Shown here: positions 29,684 through 38,713 of the stretch, piece after piece
Position numbering within the stretch: position 1 is the first letter of the stretch
How the letters are laid out: every line of letters begins with the position of its first letter
From: an uncultured Acidobacteriota bacterium
GTDB lineage: Bacteria; Acidobacteriota; Thermoanaerobaculia; Multivoradales; UBA5704
Reading direction: 5' to 3'
Length of the DNA: 64,000 nucleotides
Assembly (NCBI GenBank): GCA_963700145.1
Contig: OY969474.1
Location: forward strand, 4,864,001-4,928,000
Notes under the pieces: generated by a model
Told to the model about the DNA's origin: nothing
Database searches by the model: none
What the model saw: only the letters and a program-made list of their open reading frames with translations
Program-made: the position numbers and the translations under genes

Positions 29684-31190
29684 CGATCGGGACCCGCCGC
29701 CAGGCGAGCTTCGCCGCCAGCCGCAGGTAGTCGACCTCCGCCGCCAGCCAGAGCCTGATCCCGCGCGCCGCCATGCGCACCGGGGCGAAGCCGAGGTTGT
29801 AGAAGGCGGCGACGCGGCGGCCGTCGTTGCGCCGGCCGGCCTCGCCGGCGGCGCGGCGGGCGAGGGCGATCTTCGCCAGGCGCCAGTTGTAGAGCCGCAT
29901 CAGGTGGTAGCTGAAGAGGGCGGGCTTGGGGCCGAGCACCGGCTGCCAGTGGAAGCGGCCGTGGAGCTTGTAGGCCGGGATCACCACGAACAGGTAGTAC
30001 AGCGCGGTGTCGATGAGGAAGGACGCCGACAGCAGGTCGTGCTCCCCCATGTAGAAGTACTTGTCCTTGTAGGCGGCGCGGAAGAAGCGCCAGTAGGAGC
30101 GCTGGAAGGCGGCGTTGTGCTCGGCGACGCGCGCCGCCACGTCCTCGCCGGCCGTCTGGGCGCCGACGATCCCGACCGTCGCGTCCACGGTGAAGGAGGC
30201 GTGGTCGAGGCCCGGCGAGTAGTAGGGGTCGAGGAAGGCGGCGGCGTCGCCGAGGAGCGCCCAGCCGGGGCCCATGTATTGGCGGCTGACGTAGGGGAGA
30301 TAGGAGTAGCCGCGCAGGTCCTCGCTGCGCAGCCGCGCTCCCTCGATCAGCTCGGCGAGGGCCGGGATGGCGCGTAGGAAGGCGACGAAGTCGGTCTCGC
30401 GGTCGCGCCCCTGGTCGAGGGCGTGGATGCGCCGGTCGTAGACCACGCCGATGCTGGTCTCGCCGTTGCCCAGCGGGATGACCCAGATCCAGTAGCCGAA
30501 CCCCATGTAGTGGTTGGTGGCCAGGCGGCGGGAGCCGACGTTGCCGCGCGACAGCGCCAGCGGCCCGCGCGCCGCCAGGTCGTCGACGTGGCGCACGCCC
30601 TGCCAGCGCCCCCAGACGGCGGCCGTCGGGTGCTCCTCGTTGCGCTCGACGAGCCCCAGCCGCTTGCCGAGGAAGGTGGCGCGGCCGGTGGCGTCGAGGA
30701 GCCAGCGGCAGACGACGGTCTCGACGCCCTCGGCGGACTCGATGGTCAGCCGGTGGTCGTGGTCGCCGAGCTCCACCTCGCGCGCCCGCGCCGGGCGGCG
30801 CAGCTCCGCCCCCTCGGCGACGGCGGAGGCGAGGAGGTGCTCGTCGAGGGTGTCGCGGCGGAGCTGGAAGGAGGGGACGGTGCTCCGCAGGTAGGGTCCG
30901 GTCTCGCTGGCGTTGGCGTGGCCGGAGACCCGGTCGTTCGAGAACCAGTAGCGGAGCCCCTCCTTGGGCAGGTGCTCGTTCTCCAGGTGCCGCCACTGGG
31001 CGAGGCGCCGGGTCAAGAACATGCCCGACATCTCGGTCGTCGCCTCGCCGACCTTGGCGTCGAAGGCCTCCTGCTTCTCGACGATCAGGACCGAGAGGTG
31101 TGGGTGGTCGCGGCGCAGCAGGAGCGCGGCCGAGGCGCCGCTGAAGGCCCCGCCGAGCACCACCACGTCGTAGCGCCGTACCGCGTCCAT
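29643..31190 (-). CDS. Flavin-dependent halogenase-like oxidoreductase
   Basis: DVVVLGGAFSG FAD motif; KVGEAT; LPKEG; DATGR; WIWVIP; GDAAAFLDPYYSPG. Confidence 0.8.
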   Translation of the reverse strand: MDAVRRYDVVVLGGAFSGASAALLLRRDHPHLSVLIVEKQEAFDAKVGEATTEMSGMFLTRRLAQWRHLENEHLPKEGLRYWFSNDRVSGHANASETGPYLRSTVPSFQLRRDTLDEHLLASAVAEGAELRRPARAREVELGDHDHRLTIESAEGVETVVCRWLLDATGRATFLGKRLGLVERNEEHPTAAVWGRWQGVRHVDDLAARGPLALSRGNVGSRRLATNHYMGFGYWIWVIPLGNGETSIGVVYDRRIHALDQGRDRETDFVAFLRAIPALAELIEGARLRSEDLRGYSYLPYVSRQYMGPGWALLGDAAAFLDPYYSPGLDHASFTVDATVGIVGAQTAGEDVAARVAEHNAAFQRSYWRFFRAAYKDKYFYMGEHDLLSASFLIDTALYYLFVVIPAYKLHGRFHWQPVLGPKPALFSYHLMRLYNWRLAKIALARRAAGEAGRRNDGRRVAAFYNLGFAPVRMAARGIRLWLAAEVDYLRLAAKLAWRRVPIVTPEPAVRPNPGP

Positions 31191-31249
31191 CGTCCCGGCC
31201 GATCCTACCGCGGGGGGCGGGGGCACGTCGCTTGCACTTTCCGGAAAGA

Positions 31250-31583
31250 CAGCGCCGCCGACCGCCTCTGGCACCACGTCGAGCGCCACGAGGGCCGGCC
31301 GCCCGCCGACTCCGGGCCCTGGGGCAGCTTCGCCAAGCTGGTGCAGGGGACCGCCAACCTGCTCGGCGACGCCGCGGCCCTCAAGTCCCTCAAGGAGGGC
31401 GAGGAGCACGGCCTCAAGGAGTACGAGGAGGCGCTCCGCAACACCGACCTGCCCGAGGACAGCAAGGAGCTGGTCCGCGAGCTCCTGGCCAAGCAGCGCC
31501 AGCACATCGCCACCCTCGACCGGCTGATCGAGGTCCAGCTCGCCGGCGCCCGCGCCGCGACCCCGCCCAGCACCCGGATGTAG
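31250..31583 (+). pseudogene. 5'-truncated DUF2383/PA2169 ferritin-like gene remnant
   Basis: SGPWGSFAKLVQGTANLLGDAAALKSLKEGEEHGLKEYEEAL; no suitable start or N-terminal half. Confidence 0.65.
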
Positions 31584-31755
31584 GGCTGTATGTTCAGGGC
31601 CGGCGCCCGCGAGGGCGCCGGCTCGGCTCTCCTCTCCCCACCCTGCCGCGACGTTCCTGCTGATATGATGTAACGGTCAATTCGGGCAGACAGCCTAAGC
31701 AGTAGGCCGCTCCGGCGGTGGCGCGGCCGGCGTCTCATCGCGGAGAGGACCAGCC

Positions 31756-34227
31756 ATGCGGTCTCGTTGTCTCCTCGGCACCTGCCTTCTCCTCCTCCTG
31801 GCCCGCGGCGCGGTGTCGGCCGCCACCCTGCCGCCCCCGTCATCCCCGGAAGCGCGGCAGCAGCGGCAGGAGCTGACCGACGTCCCCTACCGGCCGGCGG
31901 CGCCGACCCGCGAGCTGCGTCTCGGACTGGTCTGCTACGGCGGCGTCTCGCTCGCCATCTACATGCACGGCATCACCCGCGAGCTGCACAACCTGGTGCT
32001 CGCCTCGCGCGCCCTGGAGGCCGACGTGCCGGCCGACGAGCTGCCGCCGGGCATCCGCGCCTACCACGCGGCCCTCGCCGACCTCGAGCGCCGGGACGGC
32101 GTCCAGACGCGCGTCCTCGTCGACTCGATCGCCGGCACCTCGGCCGGTGGGATCAACGGCGTCTTCCTGGCCAAGGCCCTGGCCCACGACCTGCCGCAGG
32201 ACTCGCTACGCGACCTCTGGCTGGAGAAGGGGGACATCAACCGCCTGCTGGGCGGCCGCTTCCAGGGCTTCCTGCGCCTGGTGCGGCTGGCCGTCGGCCT
32301 GCCGTTCGGCAAGGCCCGGCCGCCGCTCTCGGGCGACCTGATGTTCCGCTGGATCCACGAGGCGCTGACCGAGATGAACCGGCACGAGCAGGAGCTGTCG
32401 CTGGTGCCGCGCGGCCACGAGCTGCGGCTCTTCGTCACCGCCACCGACTTCTACGGCCTGGCGCGCCACGTGCCGGTGGGGGACCCGGCGGCGGCGATCG
32501 AGAAGCAGCATCGCGGCGTGCTCTCCTTCCGCTACGCTCGCCGCCCCGACGGCACGCCGTCCGCCGACGACTTCGGCCCCGAGGACGACCCGGTCCTCGC
32601 CTTCGCCGCGCGTGCCACCTCCTCGTTCCCGGGCGCCTTCCCGCCGATCAACCTGCGCAACATCCAGAAGAACGTCGCCGGGGTCAGCGACGAGCGGCTG
32701 CGCGAGATCGCCGAGCAGTTCTTCCGCCTCTACGAGCTGGAGGACGCGGACGTCGCCGAGACCTACTTCGTGGACGGCGGCGTGCTCGACAACTACCCCT
32801 TCGGCCTGACCATCGCCGACATCGTCTCCCGCCCCTCGGCGCGCGAGGCCAAGCGCCTGCTGCTCTACCTGCAGCCCGACCCGGGCCGGCCGCCGGGCGC
32901 CGCGCCCGGCCGCGAGCCGGGGTTCGTGGGCACGATCTGGGGCGGCCTCTCGACGATCTCGGGCTACGAGCCGATCGCCGACGACCTGGGGCGGGTGCAG
33001 AGCTTCAACGCCCGCGTGGCGCGGCTCAAGGACGTCATCGCGCGCTCGACGCCGGCGGTGAGCGACGTGCTCGCCGACCGCGCCGGCCTCGATCCCAGCC
33101 AGCCGCTGCCGCCCCTCGCTTCGATCGCCGGCAAGCGCCAGCTCCTCGACCAGCTGGTGCGGGAGACCTCGCCGCTCCTCTACGAGGGCTACTTCCAGAT
33201 CCGCGTCCACTCGGTCGTGGACCAGCTCGGCTCCGTGCTCGCGCGCCGCTGTGCCTTCCCGCCCGAGAGCAACCACGCCCTCTTCGTCGCCGCGGCGGTG
33301 CGCGGCTGGGCCGGGCGCCACCGCCTGATCGGCGACGCCGCCGACCGCGCGGCGCAGGAGCGCTTCGTCGCCGCGCTCGACTTGGGCTACAGCCGCCGCC
33401 AGCTCCGCTTCGTCGAGGACGCCGTCGACTCGCTCTACGCCGAGATCGCGCCGGGCGCGCACCCCGACCGCGCCGACCTCGACGCCGCGAAAGCGCGGCT
33501 CCAGGAGGTCGTCGAGGAGCTGTCGGCGGTGATCCAGGGCCGCGACCTGCCGGCCGCCCTGCAGCAGGAGCTCGCCGGGCTGTGCGGCACCGTCGATCCC
33601 TGGGCCGGCGGCGCGGCGCTGTCGGCTGCCGCGGCGGCCTGGGCCGGCGAGCACGCCGGGGCGCTCGACAGGCTCGAGGAGGCGCTGGTGAGCCACGTCG
33701 GCGGCCGCCGCGACGCGATCCGCGCGAAGCTCTACGCGGTCTTCCGCGACCTGACGGGCGGCTGGGAGCCGGTGGCGCGCGAGCGCGTCCTCGTCCAGTA
33801 CCTCGGCTTCCCCTTCTGGGACGCCCTCGTCTACCCGCTGCGCAGCCTGGGAGACGTCGGCGAGATCCAGGAGATCAACGTCTACCGCATCAGCCCGGAC
33901 GACGCCGTCGCGCTCGGCGGCGGCATCGCGGCCGAGAAGCTCGAAGGGGTGGCGCTCGGCCACTTCGCCGCCTTCTTCGCCCGCGACAAGCGCGAGAACG
34001 ACTACCTCTGGGGGCGGCTCGACGGCGCCGAGCGCCTGCTGGCGCTGCTCGGGCCGGAGGGCCGGCGGCACCTCGGCGCCGCTTTCTCGGGCGTGCTCGA
34101 CGAGGAGGCCCCGGCCCTGCCGACGACGGCCGGCCTCGTCCGCGAGCTGCGGCGCAAGATCGACAGCCTGCCCGCGGCGGCCGCCCAAACCGACGCAGCA
34201 CTCGAACCGAAGGGGGGATCCCGGTGA
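31756..34227 (+). CDS. Patatin-like protein with DUF3376-like C-terminus and N-terminal signal peptide
   Basis: ELRLGLVCYGGVSLAIYMHG, AGTSAGGING, DGGVLDN, RENDYLWGRLDGAERL. Confidence 0.9.
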   Translation: MRSRCLLGTCLLLLLARGAVSAATLPPPSSPEARQQRQELTDVPYRPAAPTRELRLGLVCYGGVSLAIYMHGITRELHNLVLASRALEADVPADELPPGIRAYHAALADLERRDGVQTRVLVDSIAGTSAGGINGVFLAKALAHDLPQDSLRDLWLEKGDINRLLGGRFQGFLRLVRLAVGLPFGKARPPLSGDLMFRWIHEALTEMNRHEQELSLVPRGHELRLFVTATDFYGLARHVPVGDPAAAIEKQHRGVLSFRYARRPDGTPSADDFGPEDDPVLAFAARATSSFPGAFPPINLRNIQKNVAGVSDERLREIAEQFFRLYELEDADVAETYFVDGGVLDNYPFGLTIADIVSRPSAREAKRLLLYLQPDPGRPPGAAPGREPGFVGTIWGGLSTISGYEPIADDLGRVQSFNARVARLKDVIARSTPAVSDVLADRAGLDPSQPLPPLASIAGKRQLLDQLVRETSPLLYEGYFQIRVHSVVDQLGSVLARRCAFPPESNHALFVAAAVRGWAGRHRLIGDAADRAAQERFVAALDLGYSRRQLRFVEDAVDSLYAEIAPGAHPDRADLDAAKARLQEVVEELSAVIQGRDLPAALQQELAGLCGTVDPWAGGAALSAAAAAWAGEHAGALDRLEEALVSHVGGRRDAIRAKLYAVFRDLTGGWEPVARERVLVQYLGFPFWDALVYPLRSLGDVGEIQEINVYRISPDDAVALGGGIAAEKLEGVALGHFAAFFARDKRENDYLWGRLDGAERLLALLGPEGRRHLGAAFSGVLDEEAPALPTTAGLVRELRRKIDSLPAAAAQTDAALEPKGGSR

Positions 34228-36788
34228 AGAAAGCCCTGATCGTTGTCGCCCTGGTGGTGGTGGCGGTAGTGGCGGCGCTCGCCGCCGGCTTCTGGCTCGA
34301 CCACCGGAAGCCGGAGCCGGGCACGGTGCTCGACGAGGCGGCGGCGGCGGACCGCGAGCCGGAGAGCCTGCGCGGCGCCGACGAGGACTACTTCCACGAC
34401 ATGGACTACGGCGCCACGCACGACCCCGAGGCGCTGCGCGCCGCGCTCGACCCCTACGTGCCCGGCATCTCCGCCGCCGACGCCGTCAAGGCGGTGGCGC
34501 GGGGGCGCAACAACTGGATCGTCTGGAGCGGCGGCAACGACCGCTTCTGGGACGAGATCTCGCGCCGCAGCGTGAACGCGCTCGACTTCGTCAAGACGCT
34601 CTCCAGCCACCCCAGCCTGCGCTACGGCCGGCACAACCGCTGGGAGTACCTGGGGCTGGTCAACGAGCCCTGCTTCGAGGAGGCCAAGGGGCCGAACAAG
34701 GACCGCTTCGACCTCTGGCTCGACGTGCGCAAGGCAGGGCCCGGCTGCCCGCCCGATCCCTTCGAGAACGAGACCAAGTACCCGGGCGTCAAGACCGGGG
34801 CCCGCGGCAGCGCGCACCTGCCGGTCGGCTCCTACTACGGCTACGCCACCGGCGTCGTCGGCCTGCGCCTCTTCCCCAACCCGGCGTTCGACGAGAAGGC
34901 CGCGGAGGAGTGGGACGCCGAGAAGTACTACACCGACCCCGACTACTACAACCGCGAGAAGCTGGTGAAGCCCTACCGGGTCGGGATGTCCTGCGGCTTC
35001 TGCCACGTCGGGCCCAACCCCACGAACCCGCCGGCCGACCCCGAGAACCCGACCTGGGCGAACCTCAACAACAACCCCGGCGCCCAGTACTTCTGGACCG
35101 ACCGCATCTTCTTCTGGCCCCCCGACGACTCCCTGCAGCCGGGCGTCGAGCGCGACCCGCAGCAGAAGAAGTCGGACAACTACATCTTCCAGCTCTTCCA
35201 CACCTCCCGCCCGGGGGCGCTCGACACCTCGCTCGTCTCCTCCGACATGATCAACAACCCGCGCACTATGAACGCGGTCTACAACGTCGGCGCGCGGCTG
35301 GCGAACGCCGAGCGCTGGGGCAAGGAAAAGCTCGACGGCGGCGGCCGCGACAACCGGCAGTTCAACGACTTCGTCCCGGCCGGGAGCCCGCTCGCCAAGT
35401 ACTACCGCGATCCGGACACGGTGTTCACGCCGCGCGTCCTCAAGGACGGCGCCGACTCGGTGGGCGCCCTGGGGGCGCTCAACCGCGTCTTCATCAACAT
35501 CGGCATGTTCAGCGAGGAGTGGCTGCTGCACTTCATCCCGATGGTCGGCGGCCCGGACGTGACGCCGATCAAGATCGCCGACGCGCGGCGCAACTCCTCC
35601 TACTGGCGCGCCAACGAGCTGCAGACGCCGGACACCGCGCTCTTCTTCCTCGCCACCGCCAAGCCCGACTACCTGAAGAACGCCCCGGGAGGGAGCGCCT
35701 ACTTGGCCGGCGGCGGCGCGCTGACCCGCGGCAAGGAGGTCTTCGCCGAGCGCTGCGCCCGCTGCCATTCGAGCAAGCTGCCGCCCAAGGCGGCCACCAA
35801 CTTCTTCCCCGACAACGGGTGCGTCGGCCCCAACTACCTCGACTGCTGGAACGACTACTGGCGCTGGACGAAGACCGAGGAGTTCAGGACCGCGATGCGC
35901 GAGATCGTCCTCGCCGAGGACTTCCTGGAGGACAACTTCCTCTCGACCGAGCTGCGCGTGCCGGTGACGCTGCTGCAGACCAACGCCTGCAGCCCGCTCG
36001 CCACCAACGCCATCGAGGACAACATCTGGGACAACTTCTCGTCCGCGTCCTACAAGAGCCTGCCCTCGGTAGGGAAGGTCATGGTTCACCGGCCGTACAG
36101 CGGCGAGCCCTACCTCTACACGATGCCCGCCGGCGGCCGCGGCTACACCCGGCCGGCGTCGCTGATCAGCCTGTGGTCGACCTCGCCCTACCTGCTCAAC
36201 AACACGGTCGGCCAGTTCTACTGGAGCGGCTCGGTCGCCGACCGCATGGCGGGCTTCGAGGACGGCATCCGCAAGATGCTCTGGCCGTCGCGGCGCGAGG
36301 GGAAGCAGAGCTACCAGACGGTCTCCGGCCACTCGCACCCGGGGGTCATCGACGTCACCACCGAGCGCAGCTACCTGCGGGCGAGCGCCGGCTTCCTGCC
36401 CGGTTTCCTGGCGCCGCTCACCGGCCTCCTCGACCGCCTGATCCCCAACGTCTTCGGCGGCGGCGGCATCGAGCTGGGGCCGATCCCCAAGGGGACTCCG
36501 GTCAACCTGCTGACCAACATCGACCTGCAGAAGAAGCCGCAGGTGCTGGCTCTGCTGCTGCGCATCAAGCGGGACCTCAAGGCGCTGCCGCGCGGCTCCA
36601 GTGACGAGGAGGCGCGCAAGGTCTTCCGCAACCTGGTGCCCAAGCTCCTCGAGGTCAACAAGTGCCCCGATTTCGTGGTCAACCGCGGGCACTACTTCGG
36701 CACCAGCTTCCTCCCTGCGAGCGAGGGGGAGCCGGGGCTGAGCGACGCCGACAAGGAGGCCCTGATCCAGTTCGTCAAGACGTTCTGA
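34224..36788 (+). CDS. Membrane-anchored diheme c-type cytochrome protein (about 854 aa)
   Basis: GTGA overlap; N-terminal hydrophobic anchor; CxxCH motifs CGFCH and CARCH; W.T.PYL.NN.V motif. Confidence 0.82.
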   Translation: MKKALIVVALVVVAVVAALAAGFWLDHRKPEPGTVLDEAAAADREPESLRGADEDYFHDMDYGATHDPEALRAALDPYVPGISAADAVKAVARGRNNWIVWSGGNDRFWDEISRRSVNALDFVKTLSSHPSLRYGRHNRWEYLGLVNEPCFEEAKGPNKDRFDLWLDVRKAGPGCPPDPFENETKYPGVKTGARGSAHLPVGSYYGYATGVVGLRLFPNPAFDEKAAEEWDAEKYYTDPDYYNREKLVKPYRVGMSCGFCHVGPNPTNPPADPENPTWANLNNNPGAQYFWTDRIFFWPPDDSLQPGVERDPQQKKSDNYIFQLFHTSRPGALDTSLVSSDMINNPRTMNAVYNVGARLANAERWGKEKLDGGGRDNRQFNDFVPAGSPLAKYYRDPDTVFTPRVLKDGADSVGALGALNRVFINIGMFSEEWLLHFIPMVGGPDVTPIKIADARRNSSYWRANELQTPDTALFFLATAKPDYLKNAPGGSAYLAGGGALTRGKEVFAERCARCHSSKLPPKAATNFFPDNGCVGPNYLDCWNDYWRWTKTEEFRTAMREIVLAEDFLEDNFLSTELRVPVTLLQTNACSPLATNAIEDNIWDNFSSASYKSLPSVGKVMVHRPYSGEPYLYTMPAGGRGYTRPASLISLWSTSPYLLNNTVGQFYWSGSVADRMAGFEDGIRKMLWPSRREGKQSYQTVSGHSHPGVIDVTTERSYLRASAGFLPGFLAPLTGLLDRLIPNVFGGGGIELGPIPKGTPVNLLTNIDLQKKPQVLALLLRIKRDLKALPRGSSDEEARKVFRNLVPKLLEVNKCPDFVVNRGHYFGTSFLPASEGEPGLSDADKEALIQFVKTF

Positions 36789-36804
36789 GCCGGGGACGAC
36801 GCGC

Positions 36805-38700
36805 ATGAGCACGCCTTCCGACCGCAGCGCCGAGTACGAGTACGTCGTCGTCGGCTCGGGCGCCGGCGGCGGCACCGTCGCCGCCCGCCTGGCCGAGGAA
36901 GGGCGCCGCGTCCTGCTGCTCGAAGCGGGCGGCGACCCGCTCGAGCTCCAGGGTGGCGATCCGGCGCAGCCGGACGGCGACCGCCTGCCGGACGACTACC
37001 AGGTGCCGGTCTTCCACCCTTTCGCCTCGGAGAACGACGCGCTGCGCTGGGACTTCTTCGTCCGCCACTACGCCGACGACGCGGTCCAGCGCCTGGACCC
37101 CAAGTACCGCGAGGACTTCGACGGCCGGCGGGTGGACGGCGTCCTCTACCCGCGCTCGGGCTGCCTGGGCGGCTGCACCGCCCACAACGCCATGATCACC
37201 GTCTACCCGCACAACGCCGACTGGGACGAGCTCGCCGTGCTCACCGGCGACAGCTCCTGGGCCTCGGGCAACATGCGGAAGTACTTCCAGCGCCTCGAGG
37301 ACTGCCACCACCGGAAGGCCTGGCGCGCCATCGCCAAGCTCGGCATCAACCCCACCCGCCACGGCTTCGGCGGCTGGCTGCACACCGAGAAGGCGATCCC
37401 GGAGGCGGCGTTCGACGACAAGAAGCTGGTCACCACCCTCATCGACTCCGCCGCCGCCGAGGTCGAGGAGCTGGGCGGCTCGCTGATCGAGCGGATCAAG
37501 TGGTTCGTGCAGGGCAAGGGCGACCCCAACGACTGGCGGCTGGTGCAGGGGAACTCGACCGGCATCCGCTACCCGCCGCTCGCCACCCACCGCCACGCCC
37601 GCTACGGCGCCCGCGAGCGGGTGCGCGAGGTCGAGAAGAGCAGTGGCGGCCGGCTGACGGTCGAGCTCGACGCACTGGCCACGCGCGTCCTCTTCGACGA
37701 CGGCAACCGCGCGACCGGCGTCGAGTACCTCAAGGGGGCGCGGCTCTACCGCGCCGCCAGAAACCCGAGCGCCGATCCCGGCGAGCTGCGGCGCGCGACG
37801 GCGACGCGCGAGGTGATCCTGGCCGGCGGCGCCTACAACACGCCGCAGCTCCTGATGCTCTCGGGAATCGGCCCGGCGGCGGAGCTGGCCAAGCACGGCA
37901 TCCCGCTGCGCGTCGACCTGCCGGGGGTGGGCAGCAACCTCCAGGACCGTTACGAGGTCGGCGTCGTCAACCGCATGAACTTCGACGCCTGGTGGGTGCT
38001 GGAGGGCGCCAAGTTCGCCGCCGGCGACCCGCAGCACGAGCAGTGGAAGACGCAGCGCAAGGGGGTCTACACCACCAACGGCGCGGTGCTGGCGGTGGTC
38101 AAGCGCTCCTTCCCCGAGCGCCCGCTGCCCGACCTCTTCTGCTTCGCGCTGCTCGGCCTCTTCCGCGGCTACTTCCCGGGCTACTCGGCGCTCTTCGCCC
38201 AGCACCTCAACTACCTCACCTGGGCGATCCTCAAGGCGCACACCAAGAACAACGCCGGCACGGTGCGCCTGCGCTCCGCCGACCCGCGCGACATGCCGGC
38301 GGTCTGCTTCCACTACTTCGAGGAGGGCAGCGACGAGGGCGGCGAGGACCTGCAGTCGATCGTCGAAGGGGTCAAGTTCGTGCGCAAGCTGACGGCGCCG
38401 CTCAAGCGCCGCGGCCTGATCGCCGAGGAGGAGCTGCCCGGCGAGGCCGTCCAGAGCGATTCCGAGCTGTGCAAGTTCGTGCGCGAGAACGCCTGGGGGC
38501 ACCACGCCTCCTGCTCCTGCCCGGTCGGCGACCGCGACCAGGGCGGCGTCGTCAACAGCAACTTCGAGGTCCACGGCACCCGCGGCCTGCGCATCGTCGA
38601 CGCCTCGGTCTTCCCCAAGATCCCCGGTTTCTTCATCGTCTCTTCGGTCTACACGATCGGCGAGAAGGCCGCCGACGTGATCCTCAGAAGCACCCGCTAG
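36805..38700 (+). CDS. GMC family FAD oxidoreductase
   Basis: VVVGSGAGGG, LGGCTAHNAM, EVILAGGAYNTPQLLMLSGIG, WGHHASC, GLRIVDASVFP. Confidence 0.95.
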   Translation: MSTPSDRSAEYEYVVVGSGAGGGTVAARLAEEGRRVLLLEAGGDPLELQGGDPAQPDGDRLPDDYQVPVFHPFASENDALRWDFFVRHYADDAVQRLDPKYREDFDGRRVDGVLYPRSGCLGGCTAHNAMITVYPHNADWDELAVLTGDSSWASGNMRKYFQRLEDCHHRKAWRAIAKLGINPTRHGFGGWLHTEKAIPEAAFDDKKLVTTLIDSAAAEVEELGGSLIERIKWFVQGKGDPNDWRLVQGNSTGIRYPPLATHRHARYGARERVREVEKSSGGRLTVELDALATRVLFDDGNRATGVEYLKGARLYRAARNPSADPGELRRATATREVILAGGAYNTPQLLMLSGIGPAAELAKHGIPLRVDLPGVGSNLQDRYEVGVVNRMNFDAWWVLEGAKFAAGDPQHEQWKTQRKGVYTTNGAVLAVVKRSFPERPLPDLFCFALLGLFRGYFPGYSALFAQHLNYLTWAILKAHTKNNAGTVRLRSADPRDMPAVCFHYFEEGSDEGGEDLQSIVEGVKFVRKLTAPLKRRGLIAEEELPGEAVQSDSELCKFVRENAWGHHASCSCPVGDRDQGGVVNSNFEVHGTRGLRIVDASVFPKIPGFFIVSSVYTIGEKAADVILRSTR

Positions 38701-38713
38701 CGGAGGCACCGCC

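Noticed and set aside
31767-34223. N-terminal half of the 1673-aa ORF
   Set aside because: Off-frame shadow of the patatin gene; the real cytochrome gene starts at GTG 34224
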